Shown: positions 37,446-48,984 of the stretch, piece after piece
How the letters are laid out: each line of letters opens with the position of its first letter
Numbering within the stretch: position 1 is the stretch's first letter
Assembly: GCF_036365525.1 (NCBI RefSeq)
Contig: NC_090380.1
Span: 84,391,658-84,455,657 of the forward strand
Length of the DNA stretch: 64,000 nt
Reading direction: 5' to 3'
Origin: Heterodontus francisci
Lineage: Eukaryota
Notes under the pieces: generated by a model
What the model saw: the letters and a program-made list of their open reading frames with translations, nothing else
Told to the model about the DNA's origin: nothing
The model's database searches: none
Position numbers and translations under genes: made by a program

Positions 37446-39759
37446 TTCCTTTCTTCAAAGCAATGTTACTCCACAGAGGGTAGCAATCCCTCCTTTCTCT
37501 GGGTCTCTTCCTCAGGCAGGTCAAAACCTCACCTTAAATGTAGCACTTTTCCCCTTGAAATGCAGAGCTTATTTTCAGAGAGAATAGGCCTTTTTCTCTG
37601 GTCTATCAGCAATTCACAGCTCCCGCCACTGCTCACAGCTCTCTCTCTGTCCTGTTTCACTGCAGAACTGCAACTAAACTTTTTTTTTCCACAGGAGTCA
37701 TAAGACTATCATAAAATCTTGCTGTTGCTTGGATACTAATTGCCCTGTACTCTTCAAACACCATATGTCAACAGTCAATGCACAGAAGGTCTTTTTTTCG
37801 CCTCAGTTTGAAAGGCACACAGATCTTTTGTTTTTTTTTAAAAAACAAAAGCGCTAATGATGCCTCCACCCTTGGTGAAATGAAATGCCATTCTCGAATG
37901 CATTTCATCATAATGTAATCAAAAATTGTAAACAAAAAAATTGAAAAAAACGTTTAAATATATTTTCACATTCATGCCCACATTCACTCGACTAATAATT
38001 AACACAATTTTTTTTTACCATTGTTCCTCATGTAACTCAACAAGTTTGAACTTGTGACAAAGCATCGACAATAACATCGTTTTTTCCTGAAATGTATATA
38101 ATTTCCAAATGCTAAGGCTGTAACAATAAACTCCATCTGAACATTCTGACATTTCGCTTTTAAGTTTTTTTGCAAAGGTTGTCCCATTCAGACAATTGCA
38201 ACCTTCCAAACATAGTCTCCCAGTTGTTTCATGTTTTCCTTCCAAATGTCCGTAATAGACCATCACCTCAACCAGGAGAACTGCACAGTTAGGAACACTA
38301 GCCACTGGGTTCACTATTCTCTGAGAAGTTTCTCAAGCACCCATTAACCTGCGTGGTATCACTTGATACTGAAAAACCCCATCCAGTGTAGCAAAAATTG
38401 ATTCTTCCTTATCTTGGGGTGTCAAAGGAATTTGACAGTATCCCTTCAACAAAATTTATCTCTGTAAGACACGTAGCACTGTCCACTCTGTCAATATAGT
38501 CTTCTAAACAAGGACTTAGGTAGGAGTCTGCCTTCGTTACCAGATTGACTTTTTTGTAGTCAATGCAAGGTTGAGTTGACCCATCAGGTTTAGTCACTCA
38601 TACTATTGGTGAACTCGAGCTGCTTTGACTAGGTTCAATTAAGTTGTTTTCCAGCATATTTTGGATTTCTGCGATTACTCGGGCCTGTTGGTCTGGACTT
38701 AAGAGGTAAGAATGTTGCTTTAAAGGAACGGATTGCCCTATCAAGTGTGGTTAAGGTTGTACATCCTGGCTTATCCCTACAGACTCTTCGAAATGTTGTT
38801 AAAAGTCTTGTTAGGTCTTCACGTTGTCCTGCATCTAAGTACAAAAGCATGTTGTTCAATTTTCCTAGCCATGCTGTATTCACTATCCGGATAGTAGGAG
38901 GTTCAATCTGAGAATTGTCTAGGCCTCCTTCTGCCTCATCCTCACTATTCTTTTCCTTCTCAACAGTCCCCATTACCTGACATACCTGTACTGGGTTATC
39001 CTCCTCCCTGCAATAATATTGCTTTAACATCTTGATAGCACACAACTGATTCTTTTCCCGGCAATCAGGGGTGTCAATCAAGTAATTTACCTTACCCATA
39101 CTTTTGAACACTTATATGGGCCACTGAATTGTGCTTTAAATGGTTCACCCTGTAATGGTAACAATACTAATACTTCATCCCTTGATTGAAAATTTCAGAT
39201 CTTTGCATTCTTGTCTGCCCATTTTTTCATATTGACTTGGGATGCTTTAAGGTGTTCCTGAGCCACTTTGCAAGCATTGGTGAGACTTTCCCGGAACACA
39301 GATACATAGTCTAGTATCGATGATTTGTTCCTTTGCTCTAAGAAACTGTCTTTGATGAGTCTTAGAGGACCTCTTATTTCATGTCTGTAAACCAATTCAA
39401 AAGGTTTAAAACCGGTAGACCCATACGGTGACTCGCTTGTGGCAAATAAAAGAAAGTCTAGCCCTTTATTCCAATTATGTTGATATTCCTGACAGTATGC
39501 TCTAATCATTGTTTTGAGAGTTTGATGGTATCTCTCTAAAGTTCCCTGTGTCTGTGGGTGATATGCTGAAGATTTAAACTGTCTGATACCCAAATTGCCC
39601 ATGACTTCTTGAAATATTTTTGACATGAAATTAGAACTTTGATCCGATTGAACTTCATATGATAATCCATAACTCAACAAAGAATTGGGTTAACTTCTCT
39701 ACTACCACTTCAGCAGTAATTGTCCTCAAAGGAATAGCCTCTGGAAATCGAGTAGCCAT

Positions 39760-42700
39760 TTTAAAAAAATTCATTCATGGGATGTGGGTGTCACTGGCTA
39801 TACCAGCATTTATTGCCCATCCCTAATTGCCCTTGAGAAGGTGGCGGTGAGCTGCCTTCTTGAACCGCTGCAGTTCATGTGAGGTAGGTACACCCACAGT
39901 GCTGGTAGGAAGGGAGTAGCAGGATTTTGACCCAGCAACAGTGAAGGAACAGCAATATAGTTCCAAGTAAGGATAGTGTGTGACTCGGACGGGAACTTGC
40001 AGGTAGTGATGTTCCCATGCATCTGCTGCTATTGTCCTTCGAGGTGGTAGAGGTCGAGGGTTTGGAAGGTACTGTCCAAGGAGCCTTGGTGCATTGCTGC
40101 AGTGCATCTTGTAGATGATACACACTGCTCCCACTGTGCATCAGTGGTGGAGGGAGTGAATGTTTGTGGATGGTGTGCGAATCAAGTGGGCTGCTTTGTT
40201 CTGGATGGTGTCGAGCTTCTTGAGTGTTGTTGGAGCTGCACCCATCCAGGCAGTTGGAGAGTACTCCATCACACTACTGACTTGTGCCTTGCAGATGGTG
40301 GACAGGCTTTGGGGAGTCAGGTGAGTTACTCGCCGCAGGATTCCTAGCCTCTGACCTGCTCTTGTAGCCACGGTATTTATATGACTACTCCAGTTCAGTT
40401 TCTGGTCAATGGTAGCCCCTAGGATGTTAATAGTGGGGAATTCAGCGATGGCAATGCTATTGAATGTCAAGGGGAGATGGTGAGATTCTCTCTTGTTGCA
40501 GATGGTCATTGCCTGGCACTTGTGTGACACAAATATTACTCACCACTTATCAGCCCAAGCCTGGATATTGTCCAGGTCTTGTTGCATTTCTACATGGACT
40601 GCTTCAGTATTTGAGGAGTTGCGAATGGTGCTGAACATTGTGCCATCATCAGCAAACATCCCCACTTCTGACCTGATGATTGAAGGCAGGCCATTGATGA
40701 AGTAACTGAAGATGGTTGGGCCTAGGACACTACCCTGAGGAAATCCTGCAGTGATGTACTGGAGCTCAGATGATTGACCTCCAACAACCATAGCCATCTT
40801 TCTTTGTGCTAGGTATGACTCCAACCAGCAGAGAGTTTTCCCACTGATTCCTATTGACTCCAGTTTTGCTCGGGCTCCTTGATGCCATACCCGGTCAAAT
40901 GCTGCCTTGATGTCAAGGGCAGTCACTCTCACCTCACCTCTTGAGTTCAGCTCTTTTTTCCATGTTTGAACCAAGGCTGTAATGAGGTCAGGAGTTGAGT
41001 GGCCCTGGCAGAACCCAAACTGAACATCACTGAGCAGGTTATTGCTAAGCAAGTGCTGCTTGATGGCACTGTTGATGACACCTTCCATCACTTAACTGAT
41101 GATTGAGAGTAGACTGATGGGGCAGTAATTGGCTTGGGTTGGACTTGTCCTGCCTTTTGTGTACAGGACATACCTGGGCAATTTTCCACATTGCAGGGTA
41201 GATGCCAGTGTTGTAGCTGTACTGGAACAGCTTGGTTAGGTTTGGAGCAGAGGTCTTCAGTACTATTGCTGGAATATTGTCAGGACCTATAGCCTTTGCG
41301 CTATCCAGTGCCTTCAGTAGTTTCTTGATATCATGCGGAGTGAATCGAATTGGCTGAAGTCTGGCATCTGTGATGCTGGGGACGTCAGGAGGGGGCCGAG
41401 ATGGATCATCAACTCGGCACTTCTGGCTGAAAATTGTTTCAATTGCTTCAACCTTATATTTTGCACTGATGTGCTGGGCTCCCCCATCATTGAGTATGGG
41501 GACATTTGTGGAGCCACCTCCTCCAGTTAGTTGTTTAATTGTCCACCACCATTCACAACTGGATGTGGCAGGACTGCAGAGCTTAGATCTGATCCGTTGG
41601 TAATCGGATCGCTTAGCTCTGTCTATTGCATGCTGTTTATGCAGTTTGGCATTCAAATAGTCCTGGGTTGTAGCTTCACCAGGTTGACACCTCATTTTCA
41701 GGTATGCGTGGTGCTGCTCCTGGCATGCCCTCCTGCATTCTTCATTGAACCAGGGTTGGTCTCCTGGCAATGGTAGAGTGGGGGATATGCTGGGCCATGA
41801 GATTACAGATTGTGGTTGAGTACAATTCTGCTGCTGCTGATGGCCCACAGCGCCTCATGGATGCCCAGTTTTGCATTGCTAGATCTGTTCGAAATCTATC
41901 CCGTTGAGCATGGTGATAGTGCCACACAACACAATGGACAGTATTCTCAATGTGAAAGCGAGACTTCGTCTCCACAGGACTGTGCGATGGTCACTCCTAC
42001 CAATACTATCATGGACAGATGCATCTGCAGCAGGCAGATTGGTGAGGACAAGGTCAAGTATGTTTTTCCCTCGTATTGGTTCCCCCACCACCTGCCGCAG
42101 ACCCAGTCTAGCAGCTATGTCCTTTAGTACTCGACCAGCTCAGTCTGTAGTGGTGCTACCGAGCCACTCTTGGTGATGGACATTGACGTCCCCCACCCAG
42201 AGTACATTTTGTGTCCTTGCCACCCTCAATGCTTCCTCCAAATGGTGTTCAACATGGAGGAGTACTGACTCATCAGCTGAGAGGTGGTAATCAGTAGGAG
42301 GTTTCTTTGCCCATGTTTGGCCTGATGCCATGAGACTTCATGGGGTCCAGATTCGATGTTGAGGACTCCCAGGGCAACTCCCTCCCTACTGTAGACCGCT
42401 GTCCCGCCACCTCTGTTGGTGGGACAGGACATACCCAGGGATAGTGATTGCAGTGTCTGGGACATTGTCTGTCTGGTACGATTCCATGAGTATGACTGTG
42501 TCAGGCTGTTGCTTGACTAGTCTGTGGGACAGCTCTCCCAACTTTGGCACAAGCCCCCAGATGTTAGTAAGGAGGACTTTGCAGGGTCGGGTTTGCTGTT
42601 GTCGTTTCCGGAGCCTATTTCGATGCCGGGTGGTCCGTCCGGTTTTCATTCCTTTTTATTGGCTTCGTAGCGGTTAGGTGCAACTGAATTGCTTGCTAGG

Positions 42701-42935
42701 CCAGGTAAGGACAGCAGATTTCTTTCCCTAAAGGGCATTAGTGAACCAGATGGGTTTTTACAACAATCAACAATGGTTTTATGGCCATCATTAGACTAGC
42801 TTTTAATTCCATATTTATTAATTGAATTCAAATTCCACCTTCTGCTGTGATGGGATTCGAACCCATGTCTCCAGATCAATGCCCTCGGTCTCTGGGTTAT
42901 TAGCCCAGTGATAGTACCACTACGCCACCGCCTCC
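39760..42935 (-). mobile_element. Near full-length family B LINE (CR1 group, possibly Zenon-like): tRNA-derived head, single APE-RT ORF, no ORF1
   Basis: APE start TNIWGL...VILMES from ATG 42649; RT ALDIKAAFDRVWH, GFPQGSVLGP, MFADD; inserted in the Gypsy integrase with ccat at both sides; clade name is tentative. Confidence 0.9.
42852..42935 (-). promoter_or_regulatory. tRNA-type Pol III internal promoter at the LINE 5' end
   Basis: A box TGGCGTAGTGG (42927-42917), B box GGGTTCGAATCCC (42864-42852). Confidence 0.8.
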
Positions 42936-45422
42936 CCATGTTAGTACAGATATATTGATGACCAGTTTTAGTTTTTGGCAAGAATCCTACACTGTCTGCC
43001 AATACCCTACTAAATGGTTCCTCACCAACAAATATGGGAATTAGTGCTGCAGGTTTTATCGTAGATTATGGTTTTCCCACCAAGTGGCATGTATGGCATG
43101 TCCTACAAAGCTGCTTCACATCTTTTGTAAGGCCTGGCTAATAATAATGTTGACTTATTCATGATTTGGTCTTCCAAATCACCCTATGCCCTGCTAGAGG
43201 TATGTCATGTTATAACCTTAATAATTCCAGGCGATACTTAGGCAGTACCACTATCTGTCGAACAAATGTCCAGTCTTCATCCGCAGGTCTTTGACGTGGT
43301 CTCCAATTCCTTCTCAAAACCCCGTCTTCAATATAATAGCCTTCTGGAACTCCTTTCGACTCAGCTTCTTTCAGAGCCGTCTATGCTATTCCATGTAACT
43401 CAGGATCAGCTTGTAGTGCTGCAATTATAGAAGATTTGTTGAACATCTCATCTGGATTATCCAAATTCCCAAATTAAGTTTCAGATACTCGGCTATCTGA
43501 TTGTGGTGCCAATTTTATCAACTACAATGGAACCTGTTTAGCCATTGCTCGGGTTACTACATACACAGGAAATATTCCTGGAACTTGTTCCTGTAATTCC
43601 ATTTCTTTAACTTGGTTTCTCTGTGAGCACATGAGAAACTGATTCCTTTGATCCGGCCAAATCATTCCCTAGGAGTACCTCAATTCCCTCTCCTGGCAAA
43701 CTATGGAGAATTCCTACAGTTACCATCCCAGATATCAGGTCACATTCTAGGTGCACTCTATATAAAGGTATGGGTATATAGTCCCCATCAATTCCAATAA
43801 CTAAAACTTTAGCGTTCAGTGTACTCACTGGTGGAAACGTTATACCTTTCCCCAGCAAAAGAGTTTGGGTTGCTCCTTTATCTCCAGGTATAATGATAGG
43901 TTTTCCTGCCTCACTTAAGGGATATGGAGTTACTTTTTCCTTTGATAAGAATTCATTATAACTTTCAGGTATCTCATTCTTAACCTCTACACTCACTTTG
44001 GTTTTTGTGTTGGTTTTTACAGCTGCTGTTAAAGCTACAGCCTGGTCTGCTGTACTCTCAGTCAGAAAAAGAGGCTCTTTCTCAGCATTGGCTTTCTGTA
44101 CCCCAACAAATACCTTAGATTTACCTCGTAACTTCCAGCATTCTGACCGAAGATGTCCTACCTTGTGGCAATGATTACACTTCGGCTTGCAGACCTCATT
44201 TCTACCCTCAGCACCTTCTTTTCTGACCTGAGGAGGTGATCCTGGGGAATTCTCAGCTGTTCCTTCTTGTCCTCGGCTATTTGCCTTCCTTTCACTCTCC
44301 CACTTTCTATCCGTCTCGGGTTTGTGGGGGTGATGGAAAAAAGGTTTTGGCTTATTCACAAGCTCAAAATCATCAGCAATTTCCACTGCTTGTCTGGTTT
44401 TTAACACTTTCAGGTTCTCTACATGAGTTCTCACTACTGGAGGGATTGAATTTTTAAACTATTCCAAGAGAATCAGTTCCCTAAGTTTCTCATATGTGTT
44501 TTCCATCTTTAATGCCCGTAACCAACGATCAAAATTAATTTGCTTCACCCTCTCAAATTCTATATATGTCTGCCCAGCTAATCTCGATAAGTTTTGAAAC
44601 TTCTGACAATAAGCTTCAAGAATTAACTCATATGCAACAAGAATAGCCTTTTTTACTATCTCATAATCTGCAGAAGCCTCTTCAGGAAGCATATCATAAA
44701 CTTCATGAGCTCTGCTCATCAACCTGCTTTGCATAAGCAGTGTCCAGCATTCCTTTGGCTATTTCATTTGTTTGGCTATTTTTTAAAAAGAAATGGAAAA
44801 TGCCTCTACGTCCATTTCCTCAAACTTTGGGAGAGCTTGTATAAATTTAATCAACTTTTCGCTGGGCCCTGGGCTAGATTCAAATTCTTCCTGACCAGAA
44901 TTTTCCCTGGAGTCAAGATGACCCCTTTTGTCTTAGTTCCATCTCTTTTAATTTGAATTCTGTTCCGTTTTTTCACTTACTCTCTGAAATTCTATCCTAA
45001 GTCTTTTCAGTTCTATTGCTTTTTCTTTTTCCTGCTGAAGCTTAAATTTTTCCAATGCTATTCCAATTCTTTTGCTGTCTCAAGTTTTTTCGTTTCTAAC
45101 TGAATTCTAGCCAATTCCACTGCATCACTCTCTGACATACTATCTTCTTGTTCCTCTTCCAATTTTAAATGTTGGACTATTATGTCAAATATCTCTGCTT
45201 TTTTAGCACCTAATTTCAACTCTCACCCCAATTTTGTTGCCAACTCTATCAATTTAACCCTGGTTAAAGTTTTCAAGTCACTGACGGACACATTCTCCTT
45301 TCCCAGAAACTCTGCTGCAACTGCCATTCCGATAGTGTAGCCTTTACCCTTATACAAGAAACCTGGTTCCTTTTTATTTTTTCTTTCGAATTATTACTCA
45401 CGTAATTCACGTAATTAGCGTT

Positions 45423-45448
45423 GGATTCAAATCCCGCAAGAGCCCCCA
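45423..45448 (-). promoter_or_regulatory. Primer-binding site, tRNA-Pro
   Basis: TGGGGGCTCTTGCGGGATTTGAATCC adjacent to the 5' LTR, close to the complement of the tRNA-Pro 3' end. Confidence 0.85.
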
Positions 45449-47604
45449 AATAATATGTTACAACCGAGGTGGGAGTAATGCATTGTTAATTTAGTCCCAC
45501 TACTCCACAGGTCATAGCATATTCGTAAAGTTTCCCACCTACCAGAAAAATAGCCAAATTAATCACTTTACTTATCCCCAGAATAAAGCACAGCAAACCA
45601 CATTTCTTTAAACAACAACAATATTAACTATTTATTAATAAACCAAGTTTTAAATGATAATGAGATGAATCTATATGTAGGAAAAGATTTTATAACTCCT
45701 TAATCTTCCTAACCCTCATGCACACACATATCCAACAGGTAACCATTTTTAAAAATGATGTTTTAAATTAGAGCTGTTTCGTAGGAATAAAATAGCTGGG
45801 TTGTAACGTTTGGTTGTATTTTTCTGGATCGGCAAGGTGTCCCAGAGTCAAATAATCTGATGCTGCTTGATATCTCTCCAAGTGAAATTAATGAACAGCC
45901 GATGATGGGTAGGCGTTCAAGGTAGTTCATCTGCAGCAGGCATCACACAGATCTTTCAGCAACAGGGCTATTTAAATTTTAAAGTAGCAGTCTATCAGTA
46001 GACACTTTCTTGAGATTTCAGGAGCTTCCAAAAACACAAATGTCAACAGGACTTACTGTTAGCAAAGGAGCATTCTCCACAGAGCATAGCAATTACAGAA
46101 CTCATGCTTCAGGCAGGAATCCTTGAATGAAGGCAACAGCAACTTTGCCACACCCGAAACAGACTTCCTTTCTTCAAAGCAGTGTTTCTCCACAGAGGGT
46201 AGTAATCCCTCTTTTCTCTGGGTCTCTTTCTCGCTCTTCAGGCAAGTCAAAACCTCACCTTAAATGTAGCACCTTTTCCCTTGAAATGCAGAGCTTATTT
46301 TCAGAGAGAATAGGCCTTTTTCTATGGTCTTTCAGCAACTCACAGCTCCAGCCACTGCTTACAGCTCTCTTTCTGTCCTGTTTCACTGCAGAGCTGCAAC
46401 TAACTTTTTTTCCACAGGAGTCATAAGATCGTCGTAAAATCTTGCTGTTGCTTGGATAATAATTGCCCTGTACTCTTCAAACACCAAAGGTCTTTTTTCT
46501 CCTCAGTTTTAAAGGCACACAGACCTTTTAGTTTTTTAAAAAACAAAAGCACTTATGACAATACAAATGATCCTGTTATCTGCTGCCGCTCAGCACTCCC
46601 ACTGATCTGTTGGAGAAGGGACTGTTGAACATCCATAGCCCAACTGAAGCCCTATCCCTTCAGTTTTCTATCTTATTCAATGTGGACAAGATGGTTGACC
46701 CATCTGACCCCACTAGGAGCATGCCTGGGAGGTGCTATTACTGCTGCCACAGGCTATTGCAAGGAGGGTCCAATAGCAGAGACCTTGGTTGATTGCAGAA
46801 TGTTGATGCCATATGTCAGGCAAGTCAGTATTAAACTCCTGCACAATCTCCAACATGTTGCAGTAACCCTTTGGCTGGCAGTCCAATACTTTAAGCAATT
46901 ACTGGTACAAAGAAAAGATTTTTCTTTTAAAGGCTGGGCCCTGAAAATCTAAATCTCTTTCCTCTTCAGCAGACCTGGGGCCCTAGCTTACCATCACTGA
47001 TGTTGGCACAAGACAACAACTTGTATCAAACAGTCCACCTGTTTCAAGTATCAACACAAATCCTCGCACCATGTAGAGTCCAGGCAGCAAGTGTGTGCAC
47101 CACTCCCAAATGCGATGGGAGGAGAGGAACAGGGAAATTCAGGAAAGGCTGAGAGCCCCAAATTTTTCTCTGCTTAATCAACATCACAGATCTTGCTGTG
47201 TGAAAATGTAGCTGTTGTGTTTCCCACATTACAACAGTAACTACACTTCAAAACTTCTTCTTTGGCTGTAAAGCACTTTGGAATGCCTTGACGTTCTTTT
47301 GTATTTCATACTATGCACTTCACTGCAACTACCTTCAGGTCAGAGTTAATGAAGGTGCAGAAAGGCTTCATGACATTCTGAGGGATTTAGGTAAATGCTA
47401 AGCAACATGTAGCAAATGACATCTTAGTAGTCATCTGAAGGGAAGTTACGAAAGCCAAAGGGATCAAGCACCGACTCAATTTTTCTCACCAATGCTGTCA
47501 CAACCCATTGATTGGCATCTTAGGCGTTCATTTATAAGAGCCTGTGACTATTCAGTTTACATGATGGGGGGAAGAGCATGGCAAAACTTGTCAACTTTGT
47601 CTAA

Positions 47605-48000
47605 GGGTAGATGATGGTGGAGTGGCAATGTCACTGGATTAGTAGTCCACAGACCCAAGCTAATACCCTGGGGTCATGGGTTCATATCCTACCACCACAG
47701 CTGATGGCAGTTAATTAGTTCAATTAAATAATAAAAATCTCGAATTGAAAGCTAGTTTTAGTAATGGTGCGATGAAACTAATATTGATTGTTGCAAAAAT
47801 CCATCTGATTCACTTATGTGCTTTAGCGAAAGAAATCTGCTGTCCTAACCTGGTCCGGTTGACATGTGATTCCAAACCCGTAGCAATGTAGTTGACTCTT
47901 AACTGCCCTCTGAAGTGGCCAAGCAAGCCACTCAGTTGTCTATCAGGGATGGGGAACCAATGCTGGCCTATGCCACACCCCATGAAAGAGTAACAAAAAA
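47605..48000 (+). mobile_element. tRNA-derived SINE made of the family B LINE 5'UTR plus family B 3' tail
   Basis: Colinear with the reverse complement of 42935-42680 up to GCAAGCCACTCAGTTG, then AGGGATGGG..AATGCTGGCC..CCCATGAAAG-A tail. Confidence 0.85.
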
Positions 48001-48872
48001 TCAAGTTAAAAGAAATTTGGGCCTGTTTGAAATACTAGCTCTGAAATCTGTGCAAACTCCAAGGACACAAAATTCAGAACACCACAAGTTGATCACACCA
48101 ATTCATATCTATGTCTAAATACTGAATTAGCTCATGGTGCACATGATTGGTTTCTGCTAATAATATAACCAATAATGGTTTAGCATGGATCAAACAGATC
48201 ACTGAAATTGGAAGACCAGAGAAGGTAGTCGACATTTACACTGATGTGCCCGTAGATTTGTTTGACGTCTGGTGGGACCGATAAAATACTGGATCAAAAA
48301 TTCCAATCCATGCAACATCTAAGAAGCAATTTTATGAATTTGAACTTCTCGCAAGGAAGCTTCATTTGTTGGAAATTCAGGCTCCCATGATTTATATCCA
48401 ATTTTGAAGGAGAAATATCTGATTTACTGATATACATTGCAGGCTCAGAACAAATTCATTAAATTACCGTTATGATTTACATATTAAAGGGAGTTAACTT
48501 CCTTGTGGTGATTGTAGAACTGGTGTCCAACTAACTTCTGGCTCAGACATGAGAATTACGAGAATAGTGGAGCACATGCAAACTTCTGGATTAAATATCT
48601 AACTTTAATAGATTAGCTCAAAATATATCGAAACATACAACAGGAACCTATATTCTTCTATGGACCACTTAGCACTTACAATAAATTGTTTGAAATATGA
48701 AGCAAGCAAAACATAGATACAATGACCCACCAGAGGTCAATTTCAAGTTGATTGCAGTTTCCTAATGAATGACCAGGCCACTCTTCCCTACAGCTTTAGC
48801 ACTGAGATCCTGTTAACAAATTCCTTTATACCTGCTTTCCAAGGAGGAGCAGAATACCAGACTGTCAGAGTC

Positions 48873-48984
48873 AGAGATTGTCAGGGTTCTGAAGAAGGGT
48901 CACTGACCCGAAACGTTAACTCTGCTTCTCTTTCCACAGATGCTGCCAGACCTGCTGAGTGGTTCCAGCATTTCTTGTTTTTAC
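48873..48984 (+). mobile_element. 112-bp Penelope-end insertion
   Basis: TSD GTCAGAGTC at 48864-48872 and 48985-48993; same sequence as 6111-6208. Confidence 0.8.
48882..48924 (+). ncRNA. Minimal type I hammerhead ribozyme (Penelope type)
   Basis: Stem I CAGGGTT/AACTCTG, core CTGAAGA, stem II GGGTC-ACT-GACCC, GAAA, palindromic ACGT stem III, predicted cleavage after GTT (48917). Confidence 0.75.

Larger units (their letters stand above)
36787..46560 (-). mobile_element. Gmr1-type Gypsy LTR retrotransposon (gag-PR-IN-RT order), decayed and interrupted by a LINE
   Basis: LTRs 45456-46560 and 36787-37862 (the latter lacks its outer ~300 bp); PBS; PPT AAGGGTGGAGG near 37863-37873; gag ATG near 45327 with CNHCHKVGHLRSEC; PR DKGA; IN (SDQSSNF, SAYHPQTQGTLER) upstream of RT (PCIDYKKVN). 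Confidence 0.92.

Noticed and set aside
42852-42935. tRNA gene
   Set aside because: Has A/B boxes but no clean cloverleaf or terminator, and continues into a retroelement body
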